DNA of 64,000 bases from Lytechinus pictus (taxonomy: Eukaryota), in contig NC_087251.1 of NCBI RefSeq assembly GCF_037042905.1, positions 3,722,001 to 3,786,000 of the forward strand, given 5' to 3'. The notes beneath the pieces were generated by a model. The model had not been told where the DNA came from. It did not search any database and was given only the letters and a program-made list of their open reading frames with translations. The position numbers were made by a program, and so were the translations under genes. Shown here in pieces: positions 36,701-49,229 of this stretch (within the stretch, counting starts at the first letter, position 1; every line of letters begins with the position of its first letter).

Positions 36701-39700
36701 ATCCACTTGGACATGTTTGCAGCAATTTTCATATTTTCCTTGTCTTCGGTAACTCATCATGTAACTGAGGTTTGTTTATACTCTAAACACTCACATTTGT
36801 ATTTCTTGCATTATACCTGACAAATAAAATAAATGAATTAGATTTTTCACGCGCAGCCTCTCATATTTTCCTTTTTAGTCTCATACAATCAGACACTGTT
36901 GATTTTGTTTACTCCATTCAAACTCTATTTTTACCTCAACAAATAACATATTAACACATAATTTGCAAAATTGTCATTACATATAATATTTCTATAAAAA
37001 TACAGAATATTGAACTAATAAAATGTCGAAATTACTTAATTAAATCAATTTTTATGACGGACAAGGGTCTCTTTCGTTGAAATATCAATGAAAGGTGTCT
37101 CTAAATGGACACCGTGTTCTAAATTTCGATTTTATCCAGTTATGCTTGTGAATCTTGAATTTTTTTTCTCTTTTTACCTCATAAAGTACGCTCCATACAT
37201 CAATTCTACAATCAGTAATAAATAAAATTAAAACATTATTTGATCCCCTTTTATTGAAATATATTATTTTATGAAAAGTCGTCATTCCGAAATAAAAGGT
37301 TCAGCCTTCAGGTGACGATGAAGACTAAATATTTTTCCGATACTATCAATATCAAACGATGTCGCAGACTTGAAAGACAAAATTGCCTTCGTGAAACGGA
37401 AAGCGTTGATTTGTCGCCAATCTTCATGATCTTCCTATCTCGGAAGAATGGTCCTAGGACGTTCCTACGTATCGCTCATCTCGTCATGCAACAGGCCCCT
37501 CGACTCTGCGTATGATTATACGCAGTTGTTGTGTGTCCGGACAGGTTGTGTGTCCGGACGATCAATTTTAGAAAGTCATTTGGAAAAAATTACAAGCAAA
37601 GTTTCATCAATTTTTAGTACAAAATGTTAGAAAATATTATAGAGAACAAAATAGAAGATGATTACAACTATTGAATTCATATTTTTAGTGTAATCTTAAG
37701 ACAAAAAAGAAGGCTTCAACAATATAAAGTGTCCGGACACCCGACCCCCCATCCTACTATGAAGTCTTGGCGGAGGTGACCAAGGAGTACGGTAGCACTC
37801 ACACGTATTGCGAGGTTCACTATATTAGTATTCGTCACCAAGGAGCTGACGAATGGGACTTATTTAATGCCAAACGGACAATCAACTCGACCTACGAGAC
37901 ACGGCACACTCGTACTCATTTCCTTTATAGTCCCACATGTAGACTTCCATGGTGTTGCCATGAAAATCTACATATGGGACTACAATATTTACCGAGTTTA
38001 AATTCAAATTAGAGTCAGGAAAGAGGTGAATATTCTTCATTTTTGTGATAGTTTTCAACTAAATCAAAATAATTTCAAGTAATTATGGAAAATAGATGGC
38101 CATTTCGGTGCCAGCTATACATCTTAAAAGATAGTGAAAGTATGGAGATAAGCACCTACATACATGTATGTACAAAAAAATAAGGTTGAAAAAACAATGT
38201 TAGTAATTCAAAAAGTTAGCTAGAATTTCTCTTTTTTATTTCTCAAACAAAATCAGAGCCTAAATTATTTCCTGACATATGTTTAAAAATATTTATTCAC
38301 TCACTGCAATATTACAATGTATTTTCCATAAAATGATTTGATTTGATTGCATCTGATTGACTCTATACACACGTACTGGCAGCTATTTGCATACTCATTA
38401 ATATTCATCAGTCACATGACCATGGTTTTGAAGATTTTGTTCACAAAATTCAACATTTTTGCACTGAACCAACTTTTTTAAAAATGAATCTAACAAAACA
38501 CAACTTCCAAAGATTACTCTTACAGATCAAACTGTGACATGATGAATTTTCAGATCTAAAGGTAAAAAAAAAGTGAAATTCAAGTCACTTTTTCACACTT
38601 TGTAACTGTTTTTTACAGGGACATATGTAAGTACAAAAGACACGTCAGCAAGGGGGTTTGAGGAGCATAATTTTGCACAAGTTTTGCACTATTTTTGCTT
38701 CTGGAATGCTGTAAAAATGGTTTATACATTTTCTGATCGCGTATTCAACAACCCACAAAATGTCGGGACCCCTGCAATTTGCGAGAAATTCTGTACGCGA
38801 ATATAACAGCTTATACAGTATCTATCTATTGTGTACAAAAGTGGAATGATGATTTGGGAAAAATTTTCATCCCAGTCATCCTCTTCCAAGCCCCCTCGTA
38901 GAAGCCCCAAACATGTAGTTTAACCTTTATTCTCCTTTAATTATGCTTACCATACGTACTCTAAACTACATAGAGTGCATTCCTCAAACATGTCAAAAAA
39001 GGAAGTAACCACGCGCAGTTAATATTCTTAAGTTCAGCATACACAAATAATTTACGGTATTTCATTTACATATATTCATAAAGTTAGCTTTCCTCCTTGA
39101 TTTTGATACCAAAGATGATGTGAGTTGTTCACTCATAGATGAGCAAGAAGAGTTTGAAAATTCAAATCAGAATTAAGTTGCGCAGAAAAATGGATCAAGA
39201 TTTGTTAAGGATACGATGACCTTGCATAAGAGAGGTATGGTTCATTAGCATACATTCCTATTAATTTCTTTCACTTATCTTAAGTGAGAGTAGATGCAGA
39301 TTTAGATTTGTGTTTTTCATTTCATTCTTAATATTAATGTTAATTTTATGATTGAAACATATTCAATGATTTTGATATCTAGCTAAAGATGAACAACCTT
39401 TTTGTGGGGTGAAATGTACAATTTGTATTCTATACTACATTTGGTCTACATCATCATGGCCCATAGCAAAAGAAAAATAATGGAAATTTTGATATCTGCA
39501 TTCTTTTATGTGTTATGTATCATTAACAAGTCTGTATTGTACGAAAAGGTCTCTATATTCTCTAAAGTTATCTTTATTATTATTTCAGGACTGGGTGTAC
39601 ACAAGGAGAAGGGAGATGCAGGTAACTGATCTTAAGAATTTGATTTTAATTTAATAATTAAATTTGTATTTTATGTGTTCAATATTCATTTTGGGGAATA

Positions 39701-42700
39701 TCAGTTTTCAGACCAAAAAGACACCAACAGAATGGTGGGAAAATCTTACATGACTCAACCCCATTTCAGGCTGTGTTTGTTTGTATATTTATCATCATTT
39801 TATATTGATAAATTGCAATGTATAAGGAATAATATCTGTAGATGACAATGGACCCTTTTTTCTGATTTTGAAGGAAATACTCCCTGGGTTGTATTTAGGA
39901 CCATATGCTGCAGCTCAAAGAAGCAAGGTAAGAATATATGCTTTAGGTCTTACTTAATGCTGCACTCTATTTTTTAATCATATAAAGTCCATACTTAACC
40001 CCAAAAAAATAATTACTCTCTGTTCATGAGAAGATTAAAGATATTTATTGGTATAAAACCATCTTAATAATTCATTAGATAAATTCTATGGTACTCAAGA
40101 GAGTAGACAAAATTGATTAAATAATCATTTACATCACTTGAAGACTACTTTAACATTTTGGGATTAGAGGTTCTTAAACTGTTCATGATTAAATGGTGCT
40201 TTGCATAATATATTCACTGTTAATGCACTTGAATTAAGAAAATATTTGAATTGGCTTACTTTGAATTGCAACATTTTTTTTTCAATAATTGATTTTTTAA
40301 TAATTGATCTCTTCTTATGACAGATTTCTTATTTTCCTTCCCCTAGTTACCTGTTCTGTTAGAGCATGGTATTACCCATGTCCTTTGTATAAGACAGGCA
40401 CCGGAGGCAACCATCATTAAACCAAACTTTCCTGACAGATTTCAGTAAGTAAACACACAACTTTAAGGTTTGATTCTTTGTATCATGGAGTGATTTGTAT
40501 TATAATAGAAATAATATGAGACATTACAGCTATGTTGAAAACTATTATGTAAACTGTCTATTTGATAATCATATTGTGTGTTATAAAACTTTATAGGAAG
40601 GTGAAAATACTGACTTTGTGTGATTGCAGTTTACAATTTGCTTACATCGTTCTGCTTGTTATACAAAGTTTTTCTTATATTTACAGGTACTTAGTCCTCG
40701 ATGTAGCAGACAATGCATTGGAAAATATCATCAGACATATACCTACAGTAAGATATATCCTCACTCTACAGTGCATATAAAAAAAAAACGGGACAGTTTT
40801 GAAAAGTCTATCAAAATTTTGTTTCAAATTATGATGTCTATATTTTGTTGTTTATAGATGATCTGAAATCTTATCTTTCAAATGCCATTGAAAAATATCA
40901 GTTTCGTTCATGCTTGAGCGAACATGGAACACTTTTTTGAGGGGTTAAAAAAAAGGCTTGCACCAAACAGTAGAAAATGAGAAAATACTGATCATCAGAC
41001 TTCTTGCTAATCAGCAAACTTCCTTTCAATCTTTTCATTATCTCTGCCATAATTTTCGAATTATGGTGTCAAAATCCATTTACAAATCTATTCATTTACT
41101 TAAATTATTTTGTTGGTGTTTTTTAAATATGATATCTTTTAGCATTGAATTTTTTCATGAGTAAAAGCAAAAAATTGTCAACCCAAGTAAGGGGATAATG
41201 GGATAGCTTGTAATTTTATCATATCCTTTTATTGTGGGCTGCAAAGGTTTTGGTACCTTTGAAAGACATGAATCCTTCTGTTAGAATTAATATTGTCCTG
41301 TCAAGCACACAATTTGACTTGTTCAAGGAATCAATGTCCCCTTGGCAATAGGATTCATGTCTTTCAAATGCACCATAACCTTTGTTGCACATAATAAAAG
41401 GATATGAATAAATTACAAGCTCTTCAATTAATAATGGATATCTCCTTGCTTAGGTTAACAATTTTTTTTCTTTAGCTAATATGAAAGAATATTCAATGCT
41501 AAAAGATAACATATTTAAATGAAACAAGGTGGTTTGCGAATCATAAGTCTCGCCTGATTTCGCGATAATTAAAATATGCAATATAATCTTTTGACCCCTA
41601 GACGACCTTTGACCCCATCATCCTCATAAATACACATGTAGTATTACCCAAGGATCATTATGTACCAAGTATGAACATGATTGATGCAGAAATAAAGAAA
41701 TCAGAGCAAGTTGAACAAAAAAAACTTCAAAAAAGGATGGACATGACCACATATCATTTGACGTTTTGACCCCTAGACGACCTTCGACCTCATGTCCTCA
41801 TGGACAGATATGTAAAATTATCCAATGATAATATTTACCAACTATGAACATAATTGATGTAGAAATAAAGAATTGAGAGCAAATTGAATAAAAACTAGCA
41901 AGAAGTCTGATGATCAATATTTTCTGGCATTTGGCGCAAGCCTTTTTTTTTAACCCCTCACAAAAACGTCTTGTGTTCGCTCAAGCATGAACGAAACTAT
42001 TTTAAAAAAAAGCATTAGAAAGATAAGACATCAGAGCATCTATTAACATCAAAATATAGACATCATAATTTGAAACTAAATTTTGATAGACTTTTCTAAA
42101 CTGTCCCGTATTTTTTTTATGCACTGTATATACACTATAATACAAAGTCAATTTGTAATCAAATATTACACCTTTGACTTGTAACAATAATAATATAATG
42201 TAGGTTTATACTCAAAGTAAAATGTGTCATTTTCTGTAAGGAGTTGTACAATATATATAGATACTTGCATAATATCTTGAGTCATTTTATTTCTTCAGAT
42301 GATCATGCAGACTGCCTAATACCTCTTTCATAGGGAGCTCTTCCCTGTTGAACTAAAGTGGGCAAGGTAGTGAAACAGTGGTAAAAGGTTCAGTTTGAAA
42401 GGAATATCTTCCTCACTAACTTCTTCAGTTCAAAAGGTGGAAAAGGAATAGGTGGTAATGTTACCCATCTAAATTTATCAGTATCAATGAGATGCTACAA
42501 GTTTAGCAGCCTAGTGATGTCATATCCACTCTGGTTGACTTCAGAAAATGAAAAAATGCCCACCCCGCCCTTCTATATTTCCAGCAGAGCTCCATTGAAC
42601 ACCCTGCATTCAGATCATGAGTGAAGAGAAAGCAGTATGAAATGATACACTATTTTCTTCACTGGTGAAATGAAGAATACAAGCTTGTAAAGTTGAGTGG

Positions 42701-45700
42701 TGAACTTTAATAACGGGTGATGAAGGAGAGCTTAATCTGAAATGGGTATATCAATATTAGTCATGCTAATATGGAAATAGAATTGGTTTAATACTTTAAA
42801 AAATGTGCATTTCTTTTTATGAGACAAGTGACATATTCATATGGCTCTTATTTTTGTATTTGCAGGTGAAAGGCTTTATTGACTGTTGTCTGCAATCAGG
42901 AGGAAGGATACTCGTTCATGGAAATGCTGGTATCTCAAGAAGGTTAGAACTAATGAAATGATTGTATCACTTATAAAGTGAATTTAAACAAAAGGAGCAA
43001 ATTGAACAAGCAAAATGATAAAATGAAATTAAAACGAGATGAGAAATAAAGATGTTATGAAAGTGGTATTGTGCACAACATAGTCTGTATTCAAAGTATT
43101 GCCCATAAATGTTCACTTGTTTATTATTATATACAGCCTGTATTGTTTATTATATACAGCGTATATTGTGTATGAAAGTAATGTGACTTAGTTGATTTTA
43201 ATTCGGCTTTGATGGAAATATATGTTTGATTGTATCGTTTTCCTCTATTTGTATAATTCAAAGCAACTATCGGGGTAAATTACTGTATTATCCGGTTTTG
43301 AGTGAAATGATTTGTGCAAATGAATTTATCATAATGTTATGTTAATATACCTGATTGATATTTACAGAAGAAGAACAAATATAATATGTGTATCTCTAGA
43401 ATAAACTCTTGTGGTGAGACATAAATCTGGGTAATATTCCTAGATCACATTACGTTAGTGATTGGTTTAAAGAATCAGCATCATACCCATTCCCAACTAT
43501 TAGCAGCCTTCCTTGCAGTTTTCATAGGAATTCACTGTCTCTGCAGACTGTACACAATTTTAGAAGCAAAAAGTTGAATCATCTTAATCTTGAATACCTG
43601 TGGTTGATGGAAGCTGCTCACTGATATGACTTAGCCTGAAACCACCTGCTCTTCCAAATAACACCACATGGAAATTGAAAAATTGTCTCATAGCATCGTC
43701 TGATTTGAAGGACAGCAATTATCTCTATTTTGTTCATATTCTCGTATTGCATTCAAACATAATGACAAAAATATCTCTCTATTTACAAATATCATGTAAT
43801 GTGGTTTAGTGAAGACTGTTGTCTGTATTCATATGATATGCTCTGATTACATCAATTTGAGGAATTGACATTGATTTGTAACATGTGTTCTATTTTTGTT
43901 TATTCTGTGAACAGTGCTGCTCTTGTTATAGGTTATCTCATGGAAACATATGGACTGAAATACAGGTAAGCTTATCCTTGCTGGTATTTAAAGGCGAAGT
44001 CAAGGTGGTTTTTAGTGAAAGCAGAAAAATGAGAGAAATCTAAAAATGTACATAAAATCAAATTGACTGGATATTAGAAATCAGCACATTTAATTGTCCC
44101 AATTAATTAGCATTCTATTCATTTATGTCTCACCTGCATAGCAGAGTGAGACTATAGGCGCCGCTTTTCCGACGGCGGCGTCAACACCAAATCTTAACCA
44201 AAGGTTAAGTTTTTTAAATGACAGCATAACTTAGGAAGTATATGGACCTAGTTCATGAAACTTGGCCATAAGGTTAATCAAGTATTACTGAACATCCTTC
44301 CTGAGTTTCATGTCACATGACGAAGGTCAAAGGTCATTTAGAGTCAATGAACTTAGACCATGTTGGGGGAATCAACATCAAAATCTTAATCTAAGGTTAA
44401 GTTTTTGAAATGTCATCATAACTTAGAAAATATTTGGACCTAGTTCATGAAACTTTGACATAAGGTTAATCAAGTATTACTGAACATCCTGTATGACTTT
44501 CACGTCACATGACCAAGGTCAAAGGTCATTTAGGGTCAATGAACTTTGGCCAAATAGGGGCTATCTGTTGAATTACCATCATAACTTTGAATGTTTATGG
44601 ATCTGATTCATGAAACTTGGACATAATAGTAATCAAGTATCACTGAACATTCTGTGCAAGTTTCAGGTCACATGATTAAGGTCAAAGGTCATTTAGGGTC
44701 AATGAACTTTGGCCAAATTAGGCATATTTTTTGAATTACCATCATAACTTTGAAAGTATATTGGTCTAGTTCATAAAACTTGGACATAAGAGTAATCAAG
44801 TATCACTGAACATCCTGTGCGCATTTCAGGTCACATGAACAAGGTCAAAGGTCAATGAACTTTGGCCATATTGGGGTATCTGTTGAATTACCATCATCAT
44901 TTTGAAAGTTTATGGATCTGACTCATGAAACTTGGACATAAGAGTAATCAAGTATCACTGAACATCCTGTGCGAGTTTCAGGTCACATGATCAAGGTCAA
45001 AGTTCATGTAAGGTCAATGAACTTTGGCCATTTTAGAGGTAATTAGTAGATTGCTGTCATAACTTTCAAAGTTTAAAGATATATAGTGTATAAAATGTGG
45101 ATATAGGGGTAATCAAGTATCACTGACAAGGTTTAGGTCACATGATCAAGGTCAAATGTCAATGAACGTTGTATTGTATCATTATATGAATGGTGTTTTT
45201 TGTGAATAATTATTTTATAGTAGTTTTCAAAGTCAGCACTGCTGCTATATTGAATTGCGTGATGCAGGTGAGACCGCCAGAGGCATTCCACTTGTTTATT
45301 TATTTATCCTAGTTCTCTAATGGCTATCAATGGGAAAAATACTTACATGTAGATGTACTAATATTTCTAATTTTTAACGGTTCGAATTTGAATTTATTAA
45401 CAAACTTCATTCAATTTGGCATGAACGTTTTGTTTTACAATATATACAATGATAACATAAACAAAAATATTTATAAAAATATATCGTATAAATCAGTAAT
45501 ACATCAATACATTTTCCATAGATTTCCAATTTATATACATATATACCGGTACATTCATATACAAAGAGAAATGACTTTTGAAATTTAACCTAGAGAAAGT
45601 ATAGCATAATGCAATATAATGAAACAAGAACTGAGTAACTAAGTTTATGTTGATAGAGATATACCGTTGGTGTACATTGGATTTTAGATAGCTTGAATGA

Positions 45701-48649
45701 AAGAAAAAAAATGCAGTTGATGTTAAAACTCACCTCTCTTATTTATAATGGCTTGATGAACTTACAGAAATTATCAGTCATGTTTTCATCATCAAGTTTC
45801 ATTATTTAGAAATTTATCTTCATTGCTAAGGTGTTTAAACTGTTGATAAATTTCAGTTATTTTGTCAAAAAATACCCCCCTTTCAGTTGTGTACATTCCA
45901 TTATCGTGTGATACTCATCCCCAACCCTTCCTGAATTACAATTATTGCACGTTCTTAAATGTGAGGGTGTTTTATCTGAGCGTCTATGTCTTCCAGTTTC
46001 AATGGGTAGATTATTGGAACTTATTCTAAATCGACAGATTTTTTTTTTCTTTCTGATTTTTAACAGTTGATAGATATTTCTCTGTTTGTATATTCTGTTC
46101 AAAAAGTTCTCAATTTATTTCGTTCAACATCATTTGCTTGATCATGGCAATGGAAAATATCTTCAATTTTGTTTATTATTTCTTCTTCTACTATACTCTA
46201 TCACTATCGACTATATCACCTAGTTCTAAACAATTCTTATTCACATCCAAATACATGTTAAATTTTTAATATAGGCCTAATAGTATGTGTATTTTATATA
46301 TCATTTCAGGATTGCATACCGTTTTGTGCAAGAAAGACGTTTCTGTATCAGTGTGAATGATGGATTTGCCAGCCAGTTGAAGGTAATTAGGGTTTTGTTG
46401 TAGTTCTTATCTAAATTTTTCAATTTCGCTCACATGTTATGAGCTTTATTTCCACTACATGTACTTTGATTTACTTATTGTTATCTACTGGTATGTACCA
46501 TGTTTTAACCATTCCATATTTTTTTTAATGCACAACTAGATAAAACTGTCCTTAATTCTATATTATTAGCTTTTCTAAACTTTATTTGTTTTTCCTTTTA
46601 TTCTCTGCATTATACATTATACTTGCATATGCATTATCTCCCACACATTAGCTTTCATGTACTTCAATTTATTTCTTTGTTCATTATGTTCATACACATT
46701 ACCTCTCACACATTTGCTTTACATACTTCATGTAGTGCTCTTTCCCACACATAATAACACACTCATGATGAAAACTTATCATTATTTGATTACAAACTAC
46801 TGCGTCAGCGTTAATTATTTTATGAGAAGATTTATTCACCAGACAATTGAATTGAATAATTTGTCCTTATTCTGCGAACATGGTTTGAATAAAAATGCTA
46901 TTTGTTGGATGGTAATGTGAATGTATAACATTATAAAGTTGTGTTTTGGGGGGTAGTATTTGGTTATAATAGGTATTATATCCTACATAGATTAAATCCT
47001 GTATAGTGAATGTCATGTCATTATTTCAGAAAACTGGATATTTAGCTAAACTCTTGGGCACACCAGTCAGCTAGCTGTCTCTCCCGGGCAAGTCCCGTGA
47101 TGCATCTGCGCAGGCACTAATCAACGTTTCGCTCAGGGAAAAGTGGGTCATTCAACAGAAATAACCGGACTCTGCAAGCTTAGCGCATAGATTTTGGGTC
47201 TAAAGTAGGATAATAAAACAAATATATCAAGTGTTTCCTTCGAAAGCATAGTGGGAATGATTAATCCTCGGTTGGACTGGCAAAACTACTATAGTAATTG
47301 CCAGTCCAACCTCGGATAAATAATTCCACTATACTTTCTCAAAGCCTGATATATTTGATTACTGTAAGATTACATTGCCCCATCTACACGCAAGTAATGT
47401 TCCCAAGCTTCAGAGAAGGGGGGAATAAATGAAGAAAATGTGAATCCAAGTAATGATCAATTAAGTTATAATAAAGTTTTCACAATTTAGATGAGAGGAT
47501 GATACAAAAATTATCTTATTTTACAGGAATATGAGGCAATATTCACTGCAAGAATGCAAGTTCCTTCTGGTATGACAGAAAGATTAGGTGAGACAATCTT
47601 AAATTTTTTTTTTAGGTTTTCTGATTTCTTGTTACCAGTATAGTTCTTTCAAATAATTGCTAGGCCAGATTGATAGCTTTGTTGGTCATTTGCTGTTTTG
47701 TAAATGATTGAAAACACAATGGCCTGAATTCATCTAGTTTGTTTAAAGTGTACCATGATACAAAACCATGAACTATGCAGATTTCTATTAGCACCCATTG
47801 CCCCATTTATATTTGGACTTTTTTATTGTATGCATTGAATTGATAATAATTCTACTTGCTTATGTAGGGCTTAACACTTACTTTATGAAGTCTGTAATTA
47901 CTCTACAGTAAGGCAGCATACCTTCCATGGGTTGATCAGTGTAGCACTTTGTTGAACAATTTCTTGCTGAGGTAAGCACAAATATGTAAGCACAGATCAG
48001 AATAGTTCATGGTTTTGTACAATGGTACAATTGAAACTACCTTTGTGAATTCAGACCCAATGTGGCATTTGCTATTCAACTTGGAAGAGCTTTAAACATA
48101 GTAAATTTTCTCAATTCTTTGCCCACTTCTCCTCTTCACACATCATTTGGTTTTCAGTCCTTATCAGTATTTCCCTCTATTTTATTACTCTGCCCCCTCC
48201 CCTTCTCTCACTCTTTTACTTTTTTACATTTTTAATTTCTCCACTTCATCTCCAGCAACCCGACTGTCCTTATATATACCTCTACCAAGCTATCTTTCCA
48301 TTTATGCATAATCTTTAAAGATGATTCATTTTGTCATTCAGTTCCGAAAGTTTTTTTTTACTCCTGACATTTTGTCTTCCATTTTTAATGAAACCTTATA
48401 CTAGGGTATACACTTATGAATTGCCTTTGAGGATGATATTTATTCAACTCATATGTTTTATAAGATATTTTGCTCATGAAACTTTATTAAAGTCACTTTA
48501 AATGATTTTACCTACAATCTTTGAATCAAATTAACATACTATAATTTGATTTCCCTTTCTTTTTATAAAATACTAAATCATTTTATCTTGTATTTTGATG
48601 TTTAGATCTCAAAAGACCATTGGATGATGAAGAAATGGAACCAGATTAA
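24634..48649 (+). CDS. STYX: Serine/threonine/tyrosine-interacting protein (STYX pseudophosphatase), 10 coding exons, about 209 aa
   Basis: Exons 24634-24711, 39589-39621, 39874-39927, 40347-40444, 40687-40747, 42866-42942, 43915-43965, 46310-46382, 47527-47587, 48606-48649 (630 nt). All introns are GT-AG and phase-compatible. Translation includes DWVYTRRREMQEILPGLYLGPY, YLVLDVADN, LVHGNAGISRSAALV, FVQERRFCI, QLKEYEAI and LKRPLDDEE, colinear with vertebrate STYX as recalled. Confidence 0.93.
25223..27213. mobile_element. PIF/Harbinger-like non-autonomous element, 3-bp TSD GAG
   Basis: TIR GGGCCTGTTGCATGA; GAG at 25220-25222 and 27214-27216. An inverted, disrupted second copy spans 27309-37498. 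Confidence 0.75.
28717..29695. mobile_element. hAT-like element with pyrimidine-rich filler, 8-bp TSD GCCAGGAC
   Basis: TIR CAGGGTGAC(C/A)AGA; GCCAGGAC at 28709-28716 and 29696-29703; interior 28860-29650 is CT-rich low complexity. Confidence 0.8.
30095..30753. mobile_element. Harbinger-like MITE with (GGTGTT)n subterminal motifs
   Basis: TIR GGGTGATTTCAAGT(T/A)CGGTGTTG; TSD ATT/ACT; the empty site TACACTGAA is present in the opposite arm (about 34183-34191). Confidence 0.78.
31471..34116 (+). repeat. Near-identical 1324-bp tandem duplication, each unit containing a 215-bp tandem duplication
   Basis: Units start at 31471 and 32795 (identical ORFs at 31646 and 32970); inner repeat 31899-32113/32114-32328. 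Differences seen: one substitution and a 4-bp deletion near 33545. Confidence 0.92.
34521..35362. mobile_element. P-element-like non-autonomous transposon, 31-bp perfect TIR, 7-bp TSD CTATTAC
   Basis: TIR CATGGACCTATTACGAATGGACATTCAACGA; CTATTAC at 34514-34520 and 35363-35369. CAT terminus with a 7-8-bp TSD fits the P superfamily (inference). Confidence 0.75.
35638..36617 (+). mobile_element. Tsp/DINE-1-like HINE, copy 2
   Basis: TT-GTCTCACCTGCATAGCAGAGTGAGAC, (GGC/GAC)n, 4 central repeats, ATGCAGGTGAGAC..CCACTTGTT; empty site in the left palindrome arm (about 26112-26125). Confidence 0.85.
39589..39621 (+). CDS. STYX: STYX coding exon 2 (DWVYTRRREMQ)
   Basis: TTTCAG| and |GTAACT boundaries. 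Confidence 0.92.
39874..39927 (+). CDS. STYX: STYX coding exon 3 (EILPGLYLGPYAAAQRSK)
   Basis: GAAG| and |GTAAGA boundaries. Confidence 0.93.
40347..40444 (+). CDS. STYX: STYX coding exon 4 (LPVLLEHGITHVLCIRQAPEATIIKPNFPDRF)
   Basis: CCCTAG| and |GTAAGT boundaries. Confidence 0.93.
40687..40747 (+). CDS. STYX: STYX coding exon 5 (YLVLDVADNALENIIRHIPT)
   Basis: TTACAG| and |GTAAGA boundaries. Confidence 0.93.
40769..42126. mobile_element. Tc1/mariner-type MITE (TA TSD), paralog of 13275-20739
   Basis: TA|CAGTGCATAT..ATGCACTG|TA; contains an unrelated GACCTTTGACC-type fragment at about 41530-41890. Confidence 0.82.
42866..42942 (+). CDS. STYX: STYX coding exon 6 with inactive signature HGNAGISR
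   Basis: TTGCAG| and |GTTAGA boundaries; VKGFIDCCLQSGGRILVHGNAGISR. Confidence 0.95.
43915..43965 (+). CDS. STYX: STYX coding exon 7 (AALVIGYLMETYGLKY)
   Basis: AACAG| and |GTAAGC boundaries. Confidence 0.93.
44124..45296 (+). mobile_element. Tsp/DINE-1-like HINE, copy 3 (STYX intron)
   Basis: Same termini as copy 2, with about 6 central repeats. Confidence 0.85.
45780..46110 (-). pseudogene. Decayed 3' fragment of a non-LTR retrotransposon ORF2 (C-terminal CCHC zinc finger)
   Basis: ICRFRISSNNLPIETGR..RTCNNCNSGRVGDEYHTIMEC, the C-terminal motif of RTEX/L2-group LINEs. Confidence 0.75.
46310..46382 (+). CDS. STYX: STYX coding exon 8 (IAYRFVQERRFCISVNDGFASQLK)
   Basis: TTTCAG| and |GTAATT boundaries. 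Confidence 0.93.
47221..47357. repeat. Imperfect palindrome (MITE-like remnant)
   Basis: AAATATATCA..GGTTGGACTGGCAA-loop-TTGCCAGTCCAACC..TGATATATTT. Confidence 0.6.
47527..47587 (+). CDS. STYX: STYX coding exon 9 (EYEAIFTARMQVPSGMTERL)
   Basis: TTACAG| and |GTGAGA boundaries. Confidence 0.9.
47721..48058. mobile_element. Old Harbinger-like MITE
   Basis: GGCCTGAATTCA..TGAATTCAGACCC with about 60-bp imperfect TIRs; AAT on both flanks. Confidence 0.55.
48606..48649 (+). CDS. STYX: STYX last coding exon (DLKRPLDDEEMEPD*)
   Basis: TTTTAG| acceptor, phase 1; resembles STYX C-terminal LKRxxEEE; TAA stop. Confidence 0.85.
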
Positions 48650-49229
48650 TGGTCCTGTGATTACCAGCGAGATTGTGCAATCATTCCCTTTAAGGATTCT
48701 ATATCAGCAGAATCTAGTCCTGCACATAGACCTGTTCCTAACCCTATTCATGGACTTGAACTTAGTCTTGGACCTGCATATCGACCCATTTTGAACCTCT
48801 GTTTCTGGGACCTGAATCTGATTCTGGACCTGCATAAAGACATGTTCCTTGTCCAGGTATTGACAACTTGTTCTACTTCTGAGATAGTCTATAGAAGTTT
48901 GATTAGAATATAATAGCAACTTGAAATTTAATTCATCATGAGGATGAATTATATGATCTGTCTCTTGATTCTCACAATCATTATCATAGTGTGATAGTTG
49001 TGTCCAAACGATCACAATTATTTCTTTTATTGCCATTAGATCTTAGTATGGTTTATCAATGGCTGAATTTGAATTCAAACCCCCCCCCCCCTATCCTGTC
49101 TTCTCTCCATCTCCCTTTGATTATTCCTTTTCTCCATATATAGTATGACTTTGACCATTCCTTTTGCATACTAAAACATTCTATAACTTTACATTAATAA
49201 AATACACCAAATTGTGTGAAAATGAATTT

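Larger units (their letters stand above)
24781..37929. repeat. 13.1-kb palindromic structure (long inverted repeat) in STYX intron
   Basis: 24781-26394 is the reverse complement of 35366-37929 (minus a HINE insertion); 26990-27216 is the reverse complement of 27306-27546; both outer ends read TATAAAGGAAATGAGTACGAG. Confidence 0.92.
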
